A stretch of DNA of 30,027 nucleotides from contig JBCNVN010000017.1 of NCBI GenBank assembly GCA_039630055.1, forward strand, positions 1 to 30,027, read 5' to 3'. The notes below the pieces were generated by a model that saw nothing but the letters and a program-made list of their open reading frames with translations, searched no databases and was not told where the DNA came from. Below are positions 28,358-30,027 of this stretch, in pieces. Each line of letters begins with the position of its first letter. Positions within the stretch are counted from its first letter, which is position 1. The stretch is from Candidatus Caldarchaeales archaeon (GTDB lineage: Archaea > Thermoproteota > Nitrososphaeria_A > Caldarchaeales > Wolframiiraptoraceae). The position numbers and the translations under genes were made by a program.

Positions 28358-29374
28358 TTATGTGAGTCTTCTTCTTATTGTCATCTTCTCTATCGTCCAT
28401 CCTTCTTCTCTAGCTGTCTTCAAGCATAGTGGTAACCCTATCTCTATAGGCATAGGATACTCTTTACAGAATTCTGGTATAGATATCTTTAGTACTCGAG
28501 TCCTCGACTTTGATCTCTTTGACCTTGAATTATCTGATTCTGTTCTTGGAGGTGTGAGTATCTCCTTCAATTTTGATGTGAAGTCTTCGAGTATCTTTCT
28601 CTCATCTAATGGTATCGCTATCAATGTTGATTCTTCTGGAAGATTCTCCTCGAATAGGTATGATGCCATTCTTAGATGTTTAATGTAGGGTGGCTTAGTG
28701 TCAGCGTACAAGACCTCGTAGTTTCCTACAGAGTCTTCTCCTAAACATCTCTCTATTACTTCTCGGATTGTTGTACCAACTTTAAACATAGAATGCTGTT
28801 CACATCTACCTTGTCTTACTACTTGGAACCCTCTACCCAGATGCCTCAACCTCAAGACCGATAATTGGAGAACTCTATTAAAGCCGAGTACTTCTACTAT
28901 AGATATCTGAAGTAGTCTTGAGAGAGTGAAGACTACAGCTAAAACAACTATTACAGCTATAGAGGTTGCATAGATTAATGGTGTAGACTTCAAAGTCAAG
29001 CTTAATATATTGAAGACCGCTAAGAACGCTGTAAATAAAAGAATATTCTTATAGTCTCTCTCTAAAAGCTTGTCAGACTGATATATGAAGACCTTTCCAT
29101 CAACCTCTTCTTTCCTCAAAGGATAGCATCGCTCCGCTTTAAAAAGCAGTCTAAAAGCCAATCCTATGAAGCCTCTTACAGAAACCCCATTACATAGAAG
29201 GTCGTCCAGGTTCTCATCAAATACCTTCCTATCTGAAATGTTGAGCTGAAGCCTACTCCACAACTCATCTAATTCAATCCTACCATTATTCCTCCAAACT
29301 TCACACAAGATAATCTTCTTAACATTACCAATATTATAAGATGGTAGTAGCCAAAGTTTCAAGACCAAAACCAT
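28358..29374 (-). CDS. Hypothetical two-TM membrane protein with putative wHTH and ubiquitin-like domains
   Basis: Long ORF. ATG at 29374 follows GGAGGAGG (ORF track starts at 29422). Two TM helices mid-protein. Confidence 0.75.
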   Translation of the reverse strand: MVLVLKLWLLPSYNIGNVKKIILCEVWRNNGRIELDELWSRLQLNISDRKVFDENLDDLLCNGVSVRGFIGLAFRLLFKAERCYPLRKEEVDGKVFIYQSDKLLERDYKNILLFTAFLAVFNILSLTLKSTPLIYATSIAVIVVLAVVFTLSRLLQISIVEVLGFNRVLQLSVLRLRHLGRGFQVVRQGRCEQHSMFKVGTTIREVIERCLGEDSVGNYEVLYADTKPPYIKHLRMASYLFEENLPEESTLIAIPLDERKILEDFTSKLKEILTPPRTESDNSRSKRSKSRTRVLKISIPEFCKEYPMPIEIGLPLCLKTAREEGWTIEKMTIRRRLT

Positions 29375-29519
29375 CCCCTCCTCCCATAAAGCATACCAAT
29401 GTAAAAAAGCTGGAAAACGCACTTTCCACAGAAAACAGCCTAATCAAACCTTTCTCAAGACGATAAAAGAGAGCAGACTATATAAACATCAACCCAACAC
29501 CATAAGATAGAAGATAAAA

Positions 29520-30027
29520 TGAGTCTACGACATAGAGAGAACATAGTCGTAGATGATGTAGGAGCTACTCCCCATCCAGAGAAATCTGGATCCAGCCATG
29601 ATAGGCTGGCGGCGGGAAGAAAGCTGGACGCCCATAGCCCCAAGATGCTACCATAGGGGGAGAACGGTGGATGGGAGGGGTAGAAGGTCCCAGCACAAAA
29701 GATAAAGATGGTCTCAGAAGCCTCTGGTAAGGCTTGCCGCAACCCCATGAAACCCCTCAAACATGCCTGAGACAAGGGCATCCCGGGGGAAACATCATCA
29801 TCCCCGGGGGAGGGGTTGGGGGCCTACAGAGATGAGGCTTGAAAGCCTCCGAGGCGTGCTGGAGGCCGGGGGAGGCGGTTGCCTGGGGCTTCCGTCTCCG
29901 TCGAGGTTGCCTGGGGCGGCCTCGACTCCTCCAGCATACTTTGAGAGATGCTTGGGGCTTCTCTCAGGGGAAGACTGTTTCCAGTGTTATGCCTGGGGCA
30001 TCTCTGGAGGCGGTCAGCCTCGAACCA
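29520..30027 (+). ncRNA. Putative large structured non-coding RNA, may continue beyond the window
   Basis: Abrupt GC enrichment, more than 10 consecutive hairpins, purine-rich loops (GAAA), multiple G-U pairs only on the + strand, no credible ORF. Confidence 0.65.
29880..30000 (+). repeat. Four copies of TGCYTGGGGC, each capping a hairpin
   Basis: Copies at 29880-29889, 29908-29917, 29949-29958 and 29990-29999. Confidence 0.85.

Noticed and set aside
1449-28688. Many antisense or overlapping ORFs in the track (e.g. 1449-1634, 7387-7971, 10215-10550, 14859-15431, 20279-20761, 26426-26830, 28362-28688)
   Set aside because: They are shadows of well-supported genes on the opposite strand or frame, with Ser/Ile-rich composition and no motifs.
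29455-29781. 108-aa minus-strand ORF
   Set aside because: Atypical composition, no SD or motifs, and it lies antisense to the hairpin-rich region.
29409-30000. ORB-like replication origin boxes (TTCCACAGAAAAC, TTTCCAGTG plus G-runs)
   Set aside because: Partial matches only, no AT-rich unwinding element or cdc6 in the window, and the second match sits in a stem better explained by RNA folding.
29520-30027. RNase P RNA, SRP RNA, rRNA or CRISPR array as the identity of the GC-rich region
   Set aside because: No GAGGAAAGUCC-like CR-I, no SRP helix-8 motif and no rRNA terminus. The repeats are only 10 nt with irregular, self-complementary flanks rather than spacers.

Overview
AT-rich archaeal chromosomal window. 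Gene content (archaeal rpS7, TFE, aTrm56, A-type ATPase c subunit, BHB-type tRNA introns, TATA promoters) suggests a thermophilic TACK lineage, possibly Aigarchaeota-like; the taxonomy is inference. It carries core genes (rps7, atpK, mtnA, tfe-trm56) and three tRNAs: Ser-GCT, Glu-TTC with a non-canonical 27/28 intron, and Val-GAC with an atypical anticodon-loop intron. An N-glycosylation locus (aglH/Alg7-like, DUF354 GT-B, sugar dehydrogenase) also holds a full-length ribophorin I (RPN1/OST1)-like protein and a 79-aa two-TM protein reminiscent of OST5/TMEM258 or DPM2. Other content: an orphan DNA MTase, mntP, a damage-repair set (uvsE, CPD photolyase, a Pro-less NEIL3-like Fpg/Nei glycosylase), codA plus a nucleoside ABC transporter with fused permeases, dsrE-tusA-sqr, an internally duplicated surface protein and a membrane protein with a ubiquitin-like domain. 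The last ~500 nt are a GC-rich, densely hairpinned non-coding region ending in a closed multibranch domain with four hairpins capped by GCY-UGG-GGC, most likely an unannotated structured RNA. All homology calls are by-eye recognition; no searches were run.
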